From IMG/VR virus record IMGVR_UViG_3300016263_001525, positions 1 to 24,934 of that record: DNA of 24,934 nucleotides. One strand, given 5' to 3'. Of the stretch, positions 16,938-24,934 are shown piece by piece (the first letter of the stretch is position 1; each line of letters opens with the position of its first letter). The DNA is from a virus (Duplodnaviria; Caudoviricetes). Made by a program: the position numbers and the translations under genes. The notes below the pieces were generated by a model that saw only the letters and a list, made by a program, of their open reading frames with translations, made no database searches and had not been told where the DNA came from.

Positions 16938-18103
16938 CTCATGGTGATTTCACCAACATAATCACCGGCATTACCCAGTGATGATGCTGTGTTGGTCAAT
17001 TCCACATATCCGTAACGAGTCATGAAGCTCACAACTGGTTCGAAGCTGCTGGGATCCAGCACAACACCACTGCTCATCAAAGGAATGTATGGGCAGTAGA
17101 ACGCAGCAGCATCGCTTTCGCTTGAGCCCTTGTAGCCAACCAGCACAGCGGTGTTATCGCTAGCATAGGTGTCCACATAAACCTTCATTGCACCGTTCAG
17201 TGTACCCACAAACTTGGTGTTGGTGGGAGCTTCAAAGGTGCCTTCGGTTGTGCGAGCAAATGCTGAAGTGGTTGCGCTCTGCAGCACAGTCAGTGCCTGA
17301 GGGCTAACCACTGCCCAGTTACCAGCACCACGACGGGTGCGCTGAGCAATCTTGTTGGCAACACGGTTGATCAGAACAGCCAATGCAGCGTGTTCGTCAC
17401 CCACGAATGTTGCAGTACCGCTAACATTCAACTGGTTGAATGTTTCTTCGGTTGCAGCCAGGGCACGCAGGCTACCCAGGATTTCCTGGTCGATTTCTGC
17501 AGTGATTTCCTGAGCCAGTGCTGCCATGATTTCGGCTTCCACGTCGATACCGTGCATAGCCTGTGCGTCCTGAGCAGCTTCGAATGTCCAGCGAGCACTC
17601 AGCTTGCGGGTCTTGGCTTCCACCATCTGCTTCAGGATCTGAACGTTCAGCTTGCTACCTGCAACACCTTCCAGTGCGCTAGTAGTAGCAGCCTTGCCAG
17701 TGGCAGTGCTGCCGCTGTAAGCAGTGGCGATCTTGAATGGGCTCAGTGCTTCGTCACCAGCAGTGGTGTCGGTGTCAAAGGGGGCGCTGGCAGTGCTGTT
17801 TACGCTTTCTGCGTAGCGAACACGCAGGGTGTGGATCTGACCCACAGGGCCGGTCATGGGCTGTACGCCAACGATTTCGTTAGCAATAACAGTGGGCATT
17901 ACACGACGGATAACTGGCAGGATCACGCGGTTCAGTGTGGCAATGTTGCCTGCGGCAGTTGCACCTGTTCCAGCAGTTTCCAGCAGGTTTCTGCGAGTGT
18001 TTTCCAGAATCACAGACATGTTGTTACGACGGGTTCCCTGCAAACCTTCCAGCAGGGCGTCCTTGGTGTCATTCCAACGACCTTCCAATAAAATGTTACT
18101 CAT
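16919..18103 (-). CDS. gp23: Major capsid protein (T4 gp23-like), 394 aa
   Basis: VIRRVMPTVIANEIVGVQPMTGPVGQIHTLR, EAKTRKLSARWTFEAAQDAQAMHGIDVEAEI, AFYCPYIPL, FMTRYG. Confidence 0.97.
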   Translation of the reverse strand: MSNILLEGRWNDTKDALLEGLQGTRRNNMSVILENTRRNLLETAGTGATAAGNIATLNRVILPVIRRVMPTVIANEIVGVQPMTGPVGQIHTLRVRYAESVNSTASAPFDTDTTAGDEALSPFKIATAYSGSTATGKAATTSALEGVAGSKLNVQILKQMVEAKTRKLSARWTFEAAQDAQAMHGIDVEAEIMAALAQEITAEIDQEILGSLRALAATEETFNQLNVSGTATFVGDEHAALAVLINRVANKIAQRTRRGAGNWAVVSPQALTVLQSATTSAFARTTEGTFEAPTNTKFVGTLNGAMKVYVDTYASDNTAVLVGYKGSSESDAAAFYCPYIPLMSSGVVLDPSSFEPVVSFMTRYGYVELTNTASSLGNAGDYVGEITMSNISFI

Positions 18104-18116
18104 TTTTTAATTCTCC

Positions 18117-19211
18117 TTAAGAATTCAGCCCTGCCAGACGTTTAATGTCGATAATGTTGTTCTTATCTTCATTGTTCTTAGCAGTCTTGTTGCCAGTGAC
18201 TTCAGTTTTGCCTTCAGTGATAACTGACTTCTTTGCAGTTACTTTTCGGGTTTCGTTTAGTACACTAGGCAGATATTTGTCGAAAGCAGTACGCAGGTTA
18301 TCTGTTTTTACACTTTCCAAGAGCTCTGTCATTACAGCTCTCTTTTCACGGTTCAGTGGTGCCAACAGTTCACTTAGCACTGTTTCACGTTCACGACGTT
18401 GATTGAGTACGCGAATCTCTTTCTGCTTGCTTTCCAGCACAGTTTCCTTTTCAGTAATTGTGCGTTGAGCTTCAGCTAGTCTTGCGTCCTTCTGTTTAAT
18501 TACATTATACAGCTTACGCAATTCAGCACTTTCGTTCAGCTGTGTGTTGCTGAACTCACTAGCAAATGCTTCGAAAATTTTACGGCCAAAGCTGTTATGC
18601 TTGGCTTCGGTGATGTCTTCTCTGAGTTGTGACAATTCACTCTTGAGTTGTCGGGTAACTGCTTCTTCCACAGCCTGGCTGCTGCGAGCAATAAACTTCT
18701 TCTTGAGACCATTCAGCTGAGTCTTGGCTTCAGCAATCAAACGAACTTTGGTTTCCACCACAGCACGCTTGTCCTGAGCAAACTCAGTGATTTCTTCAGC
18801 CAATGCCTGGAACACAAAGTTTTCCAACTTTGAGATAGCTTCCTGCATCTGCTTGCGGTCCTTGCGGAATTCTGTAATTTCTTCAGCCAACTTGGTGGTC
18901 AAAAACTGTTCAAAACGTGCGCTTTTGGTTTTCATTTCGTTCACAGCACGCACGCGATGTTCAGCAATGGCCTTCTTGTCGGCCTGAAATTCAGCAATTT
19001 CAGCCTGAAGAGCTTCTGTTACCATCCGGTCAAGAGCTTCAACCATCACACTCTTATCATGTTCATAACGGCCAGCAAATTCCTCACGGATTTCTGCACG
19101 AATCTGCTCACGTGCTTCAGTCAGCTTGACTTCCCAAGCCTCATTGATTGCACTGCGAGTTTCTTCGTTTAATACACCGCTATCCAGCAATGGTTTTAGA
19201 GCGTCTAGCAT
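18117..19211 (-). CDS. gp22: Prohead core scaffold protein (T4 gp22-like)
   Basis: Long coiled-coil, Glu/Lys-rich protein located between the prohead protease and major capsid genes. Confidence 0.8.
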   Translation of the reverse strand: MLDALKPLLDSGVLNEETRSAINEAWEVKLTEAREQIRAEIREEFAGRYEHDKSVMVEALDRMVTEALQAEIAEFQADKKAIAEHRVRAVNEMKTKSARFEQFLTTKLAEEITEFRKDRKQMQEAISKLENFVFQALAEEITEFAQDKRAVVETKVRLIAEAKTQLNGLKKKFIARSSQAVEEAVTRQLKSELSQLREDITEAKHNSFGRKIFEAFASEFSNTQLNESAELRKLYNVIKQKDARLAEAQRTITEKETVLESKQKEIRVLNQRRERETVLSELLAPLNREKRAVMTELLESVKTDNLRTAFDKYLPSVLNETRKVTAKKSVITEGKTEVTGNKTAKNNEDKNNIIDIKRLAGLNS

Positions 19212-19220
19212 GGTATTCTC

Positions 19221-19856
19221 CTACAATTTTAAATCTCGAATCAACTTCACTATTTCATTTTTGAAATATTTTTGTACTCTTGGGTCTTGCGCTGATTCTT
19301 GCGCCATACCCCACAAACGGTTTCCGCCATGCATGTTCATTAGGCCTTCATAGATGGCTTTGGGATATGCATTTGGCGCACTGGGTTGTGCTACCACGTC
19401 CACAGTAATGATTTCAAAGTCGCTGACATGTCCGTTGCCTTCGTTGACGTTACCACTACCGCGACTGCTAACACCCAGCTTTACTCCGGATTCCAACATG
19501 GTTTTTACCAGGTTGCCCATGGGCGTTGGCAACACTTTGAGTTTACCAATACCACGGCTACCTTCCATGTAAATTTCTGTAATCATGTGACTCACCCGAT
19601 CCAAATTGATTTTAAGATCGTTGGGGTGATCCAATTCACCCAGTACACCACCATGCTCTGATATTTGCTCTTTCAGAGTTTTTACAGCACTGGCAATTTC
19701 ACCAGCAGGATAAATTCTCTGATTAGCATTGCGAACATCCCCCTCAATGAAGATACCCTTCATATACAGAGTTTTTCCACCGTGAGTCTCATCAGCTTCC
19801 ATGGTAATATGGGCTGAGCTGGGATTCATATATTCATATAATGGTGTTCTGGTCAT
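19221..19856 (-). CDS. gp21: Prohead protease (T4 gp21-like)
   Basis: LYMKGIFIEGDVRNANQRIYP, GELDHP, INLDRVSH, LPTPMG, GVSSRGSG, DVVAQPSAPNA. Confidence 0.95.
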   Translation of the reverse strand: MTRTPLYEYMNPSSAHITMEADETHGGKTLYMKGIFIEGDVRNANQRIYPAGEIASAVKTLKEQISEHGGVLGELDHPNDLKINLDRVSHMITEIYMEGSRGIGKLKVLPTPMGNLVKTMLESGVKLGVSSRGSGNVNEGNGHVSDFEIITVDVVAQPSAPNAYPKAIYEGLMNMHGGNRLWGMAQESAQDPRVQKYFKNEIVKLIRDLKL

Positions 19857-19932
19857 TGTCTGAATCCTTTTACTGGTCAGGCGGTGTATATCAATACACC
19901 GCCCACTAGTACGAAATCACTGCGGAGTTAAA

Positions 19933-20745
19933 TTACTTCTTCTTGGTTTTCTTGGATTCCAACACGCTGCTCTTGTTGATACCAGATTCTTCTTTAGCAA
20001 CTGGCTTGGGAGCCTGACTCTTGAAAGCACTCTTACCAGCAGCCTTGGGGTCATTTACACCCATGGGCTTTGCGGAAGGAGCTGGACGACCCTTTGCTTC
20101 ACCGCCCTTGACGATGTTAGCAGTGGTTCCGCCCATGTCGTTCTTCTTGGCAACTGTGCTCTTCTTGTTTACTGAACCTTCTTCGGTGTGAACAGGAGCA
20201 GGAGCTTTTTCAGTATACTCACGGATCAGTCCTTCTTCCACTTCTTCATCAGCTTCTTCATCAGCTTCTTCATCAGCTTCTTCATCAGCTTCGTCGTCGC
20301 CTTCGTCAGCCATCAACTTTTCAAATTCAGCCTTGAGTTCTTCAATAGCGTCTTCCAGATCTACTACGCGATCTTCCAGCCCTTCGTCGTCGCCCATGTC
20401 GTCGTCGCCCATGTCCATATCCATGTCGTCGGCTTCTAGGTCGTCGCCCATGTCCATATCCATGTCGTCGCCCATGTCCATATCCATGTCGTCGCCCATG
20501 TCATCTGTTTCAGGTTCCATGTCGGCTTCCATGGTCAGGTCAGCAGTTTCGTCGGCTTCTACTTCATCAATGAAGTCACCAACACCCTCTTCCATTTCAT
20601 CTTCGCCGTAGGTTTCATCCATCTGCTCGAAGGATTCATAAATGTTGCGGCTCTTGCTTACAACAATTTCATGAAACAGTTTACGAGCACGGGTTTCATC
20701 ACTGTTAATGATGTACTCAATTAGCTTTTCAAAATTGCGTGACAT
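19933..20745 (-). CDS. Highly acidic putative prohead core protein
   Basis: D/E/M-rich low-complexity centre; lies between portal and protease, where T4 has core proteins gp67/gp68. Start placed at MSRNFEK (20745) after AAGGAG. Confidence 0.65.
   Translation of the reverse strand: MSRNFEKLIEYIINSDETRARKLFHEIVVSKSRNIYESFEQMDETYGEDEMEEGVGDFIDEVEADETADLTMEADMEPETDDMGDDMDMDMGDDMDMDMGDDLEADDMDMDMGDDDMGDDEGLEDRVVDLEDAIEELKAEFEKLMADEGDDEADEEADEEADEEADEEVEEGLIREYTEKAPAPVHTEEGSVNKKSTVAKKNDMGGTTANIVKGGEAKGRPAPSAKPMGVNDPKAAGKSAFKSQAPKPVAKEESGINKSSVLESKKTKKK
20241..20502. repeat. Coding tandem repeats (12-nt EEAD units; 24-nt DDMDMDMG units)
   Basis: (TTCTTCATCAGC)x4 near 20243-20290, and repeated GTCGTCGCCCATGTCCATATCCAT between about 20400 and 20500. 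Confidence 0.9.
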
Positions 20746-20832
20746 AGTTTCTCCTTGCAATGATTCGTAACATTATTTACATCAGACAGAAATAAACCAG
20801 CACTTTATGCTGAAAAACCGGTGGTTTTCAGA

Positions 20833-21045
20833 TTATGCTGCTGGTTTAGCACCGTACTGACGACGAATATCGTCCATGCGATGTTCTTCTTCAAATTTAC
20901 GAACGTCATTCATCATTCGCAAACTGTTGATATGAGCCAGTGTAAGTCTGGTTTTTCTGACATCACTGAGCTTGGGAACAGAGTTATCTGCACTGGGTTC
21001 GGTGAACCCAGGAGCTGGTTTATCATATATCTCTGTGAGTAACAT
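20833..21045 (-). CDS. Small hypothetical head-module protein, 70 aa
   Basis: RKTRLTLAHINSLRMM...RRQYG; TAAATA ends 5 nt before the ATG; directly follows the portal gene. Confidence 0.75.
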   Translation of the reverse strand: MLLTEIYDKPAPGFTEPSADNSVPKLSDVRKTRLTLAHINSLRMMNDVRKFEEEHRMDDIRRQYGAKPAA

Positions 21046-21053
21046 AAAACTAT

Positions 21054-24038
21054 TTATACTCCTGCTGTTATATCTACGCCACCGGCTGGAGCTGCTGCTG
21101 GTGCAGCTTCAGGAGCTGTTCCAGCACCTGCTTCAGCGCCTAGTTCAGGCGTTTCAGGTGCCTCTGGTGGAGTCAATCCAGTCAGATCAGTTTCAATACC
21201 TGCAGGGCTGATACCCACGTTGCGCAAATTGGTATCTGATTCCACAGCGTCTGCGGCTTTGAGATTTTCCTCACGCCATAACTGGGTGTTTTCCATCATT
21301 TCTTCTTCGCTCAGGCCCAGGAACCTCTTGAGCAAGAACCTCTTGCTCAAGTAAGGCACAGCTTCCAACTGACTGAAGCTGCTGATTTTAGCGCCGTCCA
21401 ATTCCACCTGCCGATACTTGGCAAAGTTTTGAGGCTCATTCATTCTGAGTTCAAACATGGTGTTGTCGATGTTGAGACCACGCCACTTCAGAAAAGCCTT
21501 GAATTCAGTATCCAGTACGCCACTGATCATGGATTGTAGTCGCTTACAATACTGATTGAAGCGATGTTCCTGAATCAATGCTGTGGCTACTTTGCCGTCA
21601 TTGTGAATAGCAGCACTGTCTTCTGCGCCTGTGGGCAAGTAGCTGCTGGGGATTCTGAGTCCTCTGAACAGCTTGTTGGTGAAGAACTTCAGGTCATCAA
21701 TTTCGCCCAGGTTCTGTCCACCAGGCAATGTTTCCACTTTGCTGCCACGGCCTTCGGCTGTCTGCGGGAAGAAGTAATCTTCATTGATTGAGTTTTTTAC
21801 AAAGATTCCAGATTCGATAGCAAAAGTATGATAATTGTGCCAACGTTCTAGACCATCAATAGTAATTGTGCCCACATCTCGAGATTCAACTTTGTCAATC
21901 GACACAATTCTGTGATTGAAATTATTCACTTCTTTCACAAAAGTTTTCCAATTTTTATATCCATACTGACGTAACAAACGATTCATCTTAGAATATCCAA
22001 ATTTAGATAAATCAATTTTATTTTGTGTTACATCAGCGTCAGAAGATGAATTTGATTCTCTCAAAATAGTCATTAATTCAGCATTGTGAGTACATAAATT
22101 CATTACTTCATTCTTATCTTTACTTTGAGTTTTAACTATTTCACTAACAATTTGTAGAATCCTAAAAGGCAGTGTCAAGGTTTGATTTGAAAATTTCACT
22201 CTTTTTTCTAAATTCTCACATAGTTGTTTGTGAAATTCTGGATTATTTTGAATATATCTCTTTCTAGAAATACCAGCATTTAATTTGTAAGAGTGCATAG
22301 CCTCAGGATCATTTTTTCTCATCCAAACTGACTTCTGTTGAGCTTTTCGTATATTGTACAGGGCTGTTTTCTTTGTGACGTCATCCATCTTAGTCCAATT
22401 ATCAACCAATGTTTGAGAAATTTTAGAGGTCATGTCGTCACGATATTCTTGAGTCATGTTTTGCCAAAATTCTTTTTTCTCAGATGCATGATACAACACG
22501 TGATCTCGTTTGTTCATGAATGTAAGGTTTCTGGGATCATTGTTGAATCTATCATAATCTCTATGATGAATAACTGTTTTCTCTGCTCCCTGATATTCTT
22601 CTAAATAAGTGAATTCCTGATGTTTGTTTTGATTGCGGAAGAAATCACCAACCATGCGATGTGTCCAAATCCATTTCTTAGATTCGTGGTCCCACACTTG
22701 TTGATAATCGTTAGTTTTTCCACCTGATATGCTACGATTTCTTGTGTTAAAAGATATCAAACTATCAGAAGCAGTCAAATGTTGAGCTTCAACAAATCCT
22801 TTCCCAAATACAGGAATTTTATGATCTGGTGTACAAATTAAACTGTGTCCATTATCCAACGTAATTTTTATCGCATCTGCATTTTTTCTAGTAATACCTG
22901 CCCAGTTAATCACGCCTGGTACAATTTTACCAGTTTCAGGATCACAACTGTATGCCCAATTTTCTTTTCCAGATTCAAATTCAGTAATCAATTGACGCAA
23001 TTCAACTATTCTTCCATCTAATAAAGGAATTTGAGTATCTAAATCTAAACACAACGGATTATATGTAGAATCCATGAAGTTTGAACCGCCACTTTGTGTG
23101 GGAATTCGGCGCTGATGAATTTCGTTCTTCACACGCTCCACAAATGCCATGGCCATGTGACTGGGCATGCTACCCACATCAATGTAGAATACCCGACGTT
23201 CAGGTGCACGTTGTACACGATAGATCACAATGGAATCTTCCAACAGTTCCTTCTGTTTGTACACTTTGAAGATGTTTTCCAGCACACTCTGACCAAAAGG
23301 CCAGTTGCTGTCCAGACCTTCAGTCAGGCTCAGGTGTACAATGTGCTGAGCCTCAATGGCTACTTCTCTGAGACCATGTTGAAATCTGCTGTTGGTGGTG
23401 TAGGGATTATTGGGAACGTTGTAGGCAGCAGCGCCATAACCAGCAGTGTTGGGCATGGTATGCCATACATTATCAGCAGTGACCTGAGTCACTGTGAGGT
23501 TTTCAAAGTTGGGATTGATGTTACGCAAGATATACTGTTCAGGTCGTTTACCATCACTTTCGTTCACAATGATCTTTACCACATTGGTCATGTCTACCCA
23601 GAACAGCTTGAATGTTTCAGGGTCACGCATAAACACCTGATCGCCGTATTTCAGCGTGTTTCTGAAGATCTTGAACATACGACGTTCCAGTTCATTCAGT
23701 GTACACCAGGCACTCAGCTGCTTCTTGATGATGTTGACTTCGGTTTCTGTGGGTTTTTCCTTGAAAAACAAGTCAAAGGGTGTGTTATTTTTTTCGTTGG
23801 CCTGAGTGCAAAACTCGCTGATGATGTCCAATGCGCTGTTGACTTCGCTATCCACATCCATGGCTTCGTATTGATTATATCTCTCCAGGCGATTGGGATG
23901 ACCCATATACACTTCGGGTAACAGATTGCCATAGTTCTGAAACTTGAAACTCTGTTGAGCAGCTACTGAACTGCCATTTACTGGGCTCAGGGTGCCGTTG
24001 GTGTTGGGTGCAGTTTTGAAATACTTTTTCCAAGACAT
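21054..24038 (-). CDS. gp20: Portal vertex protein (T4 gp20-like) interrupted by an intein
   Basis: YEAMDVDSEVNSALDII, LEDSIVIYRVQRAPERRVFYIDVG, EDYFFP...GRGSKVETLPGGQNLGEIDDLKFF...LRIPSSYL. ATG start at 24038. Confidence 0.95.
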   Translation of the reverse strand: MSWKKYFKTAPNTNGTLSPVNGSSVAAQQSFKFQNYGNLLPEVYMGHPNRLERYNQYEAMDVDSEVNSALDIISEFCTQANEKNNTPFDLFFKEKPTETEVNIIKKQLSAWCTLNELERRMFKIFRNTLKYGDQVFMRDPETFKLFWVDMTNVVKIIVNESDGKRPEQYILRNINPNFENLTVTQVTADNVWHTMPNTAGYGAAAYNVPNNPYTTNSRFQHGLREVAIEAQHIVHLSLTEGLDSNWPFGQSVLENIFKVYKQKELLEDSIVIYRVQRAPERRVFYIDVGSMPSHMAMAFVERVKNEIHQRRIPTQSGGSNFMDSTYNPLCLDLDTQIPLLDGRIVELRQLITEFESGKENWAYSCDPETGKIVPGVINWAGITRKNADAIKITLDNGHSLICTPDHKIPVFGKGFVEAQHLTASDSLISFNTRNRSISGGKTNDYQQVWDHESKKWIWTHRMVGDFFRNQNKHQEFTYLEEYQGAEKTVIHHRDYDRFNNDPRNLTFMNKRDHVLYHASEKKEFWQNMTQEYRDDMTSKISQTLVDNWTKMDDVTKKTALYNIRKAQQKSVWMRKNDPEAMHSYKLNAGISRKRYIQNNPEFHKQLCENLEKRVKFSNQTLTLPFRILQIVSEIVKTQSKDKNEVMNLCTHNAELMTILRESNSSSDADVTQNKIDLSKFGYSKMNRLLRQYGYKNWKTFVKEVNNFNHRIVSIDKVESRDVGTITIDGLERWHNYHTFAIESGIFVKNSINEDYFFPQTAEGRGSKVETLPGGQNLGEIDDLKFFTNKLFRGLRIPSSYLPTGAEDSAAIHNDGKVATALIQEHRFNQYCKRLQSMISGVLDTEFKAFLKWRGLNIDNTMFELRMNEPQNFAKYRQVELDGAKISSFSQLEAVPYLSKRFLLKRFLGLSEEEMMENTQLWREENLKAADAVESDTNLRNVGISPAGIETDLTGLTPPEAPETPELGAEAGAGTAPEAAPAAAPAGGVDITAGV
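21792..23051 (-). mobile_element. Intein (420 aa) with HNH endonuclease domain in portal protein
   Basis: Begins CLDLDTQIPLLDG after extein YNPL; block B LICTPDHKIP; ends YHTFAIESGIFVKN before +1 Ser (SINEDY). Internal HRMV...IHHRDYDRFNNDPRNL...H. The DNA is visibly more AT-rich than the exteins. Confidence 0.93.
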
Positions 24039-24055
24039 CAATGTTTTCCTATAGG

Positions 24056-24934
24056 TTATTTATGCCAAATCCAGCAGCTTTGACCGCAATCCCAGATACG
24101 ATCATATTTGAGTTGTTGCATGATTTGCCATTCGGTTAATTCAGCGCCGTTGTCAACCAGTTGTGATATACAGGATTTTTGAAACTGCATCCTGTTGTAT
24201 CTGTTTTTGTAATCAGTGTACCAATAGCCAACTTGAGTGGATTGATACTGGAATCCCATTTTTTTATAAACTCCACCATCACCCCAACTTTGATCACAAT
24301 AAGATACCACAGCAGACGGGTTATGAGTTCTGATAAAATGCTGGAACAACCTGCTGGCGGCGCCCGGCACAGATCCCAGTGAGGCAAATCTGATTATTTC
24401 CCAATCACAATGTTTGAGAAATCTGGGTTTTCTGAAAGTCATCACCGCAACCAATTGATCCTGGTGCATCAATCCCAAATGATGAGTAGCTGAAGTAGAG
24501 CCTTGTATATGATGATTGTGAATAAATTCAGCCGACTGATCTGATGTTATTTCCTGAATCTGACATTGTCTGGCTGCCACCGTGCGGTCTGCTGATTTCA
24601 GCAGATATCGCAGTCTGGCCTCACATTGCGATTGTTTAAACAGCCATTGATCTTCCCAGATAGTTATCAATCTGATCTGTTGTTTTTGACACTGCTGATA
24701 TTTTTCTGCATGATAATTCCGTGTTTTACCTGATGCCAACTCGCTGTGCCAGTACAATCCAGAGCATTCAATAGCCAAATTCAGACTGGGGACAAATATA
24801 TCCAGTTCCCTGCCAGCCAACACCGCGCGATCACTGTATACTGCACCCTGATATTGAGCCACATACTCTCTTACAGATTTTTCAAAACTGGAAATTCGGG
24901 GTTTCACAAACAGATGTTCTGCAGAATATCGTTT
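24056..24934 (-). CDS. Hef-like putative homing endonuclease, 5'-truncated by window edge
   Basis: Frame stays open to 24934. SSFEKSV...ELDIFVPSLNLAIECSGLYWHSE...ITIWEDQW, ARQC...HHIQG, VVSYCDQSWGDGGVYKKMGF, RIWDCG. Confidence 0.8.
   Translation of the reverse strand, partial: KRYSAEHLFVKPRISSFEKSVREYVAQYQGAVYSDRAVLAGRELDIFVPSLNLAIECSGLYWHSELASGKTRNYHAEKYQQCQKQQIRLITIWEDQWLFKQSQCEARLRYLLKSADRTVAARQCQIQEITSDQSAEFIHNHHIQGSTSATHHLGLMHQDQLVAVMTFRKPRFLKHCDWEIIRFASLGSVPGAASRLFQHFIRTHNPSAVVSYCDQSWGDGGVYKKMGFQYQSTQVGYWYTDYKNRYNRMQFQKSCISQLVDNGAELTEWQIMQQLKYDRIWDCGQSCWIWHK

Larger units (their letters stand above)
864..24062. promoter_or_regulatory. Dispersed TAAATA late-promoter motif (16 gene-proximal copies)
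   Basis: Correctly oriented upstream of genes at 864-869(-), 4253-4258(-), 4310-4315(+), 6398-6403(-), 7207-7212(-), 8202-8207(-), 8221-8226(+), 10401-10406(-), 10414-10419(+), 12975-12980(-), 14127-14132(-), 14777-14782(-), 15045-15050(+), 20774-20779(-), 21051-21056(-), 24057-24062(-). Resembles the T4 gp55 late promoter TATAAATA. Confidence 0.85.

Noticed and set aside
17390-18091. 233-aa + strand ORF inside gp23 (likewise 23094-23921, 8758-9519, 10404-11069, 1871-2398, 13280-13678)
   Set aside because: Antisense shadow ORFs of strongly codon-biased genes; no motifs, RBS or promoter.
20798-20831. Weak overlapping hairpins between the 70-aa gene and the core protein gene
   Set aside because: Short or imperfect AT-rich stems with no clear U-tract; not enough support.
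1-24934. Stop-codon reassignment
   Set aside because: Core genes are intact under the standard code, and TAA, TAG and TGA all end genes at plausible positions.

Overview
Virion-morphogenesis region of a large, distantly T4-like myophage, read with the standard genetic code. It holds tail sheath (gp18), dNMP kinase, neck/head-completion genes (gp13, gp14), tail terminator (gp15), a Nudix hydrolase, a GH19 lysin, major capsid (gp23), scaffold (gp22), prohead protease (gp21), an acidic core protein and portal (gp20) with an HNH-containing intein. Sixteen TAAATA late-promoter-like motifs precede genes. The module is heavily invaded by AT-rich mobile endonuclease genes: 2 free-standing HNH, 1 GIY-YIG, 3 Hef-like PD-(D/E)XK nucleases with a conserved C-terminal domain, 1 remnant of that family, and the intein. 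Two signals stand out. (i) A ~70-nt structured 5' leader with compensatory base changes is shared by two unrelated endonuclease genes (HNH and GIY-YIG). (ii) Scars suggest the endonuclease cassettes insert inside the ends of essential genes and re-supply the lost end: a 72-bp duplication of the gp23 3' end plus terminator, a likely orphaned gp15 start, and a possible duplicated gp13 C-terminus. All protein assignments come from motif recognition by eye; no searches were run.
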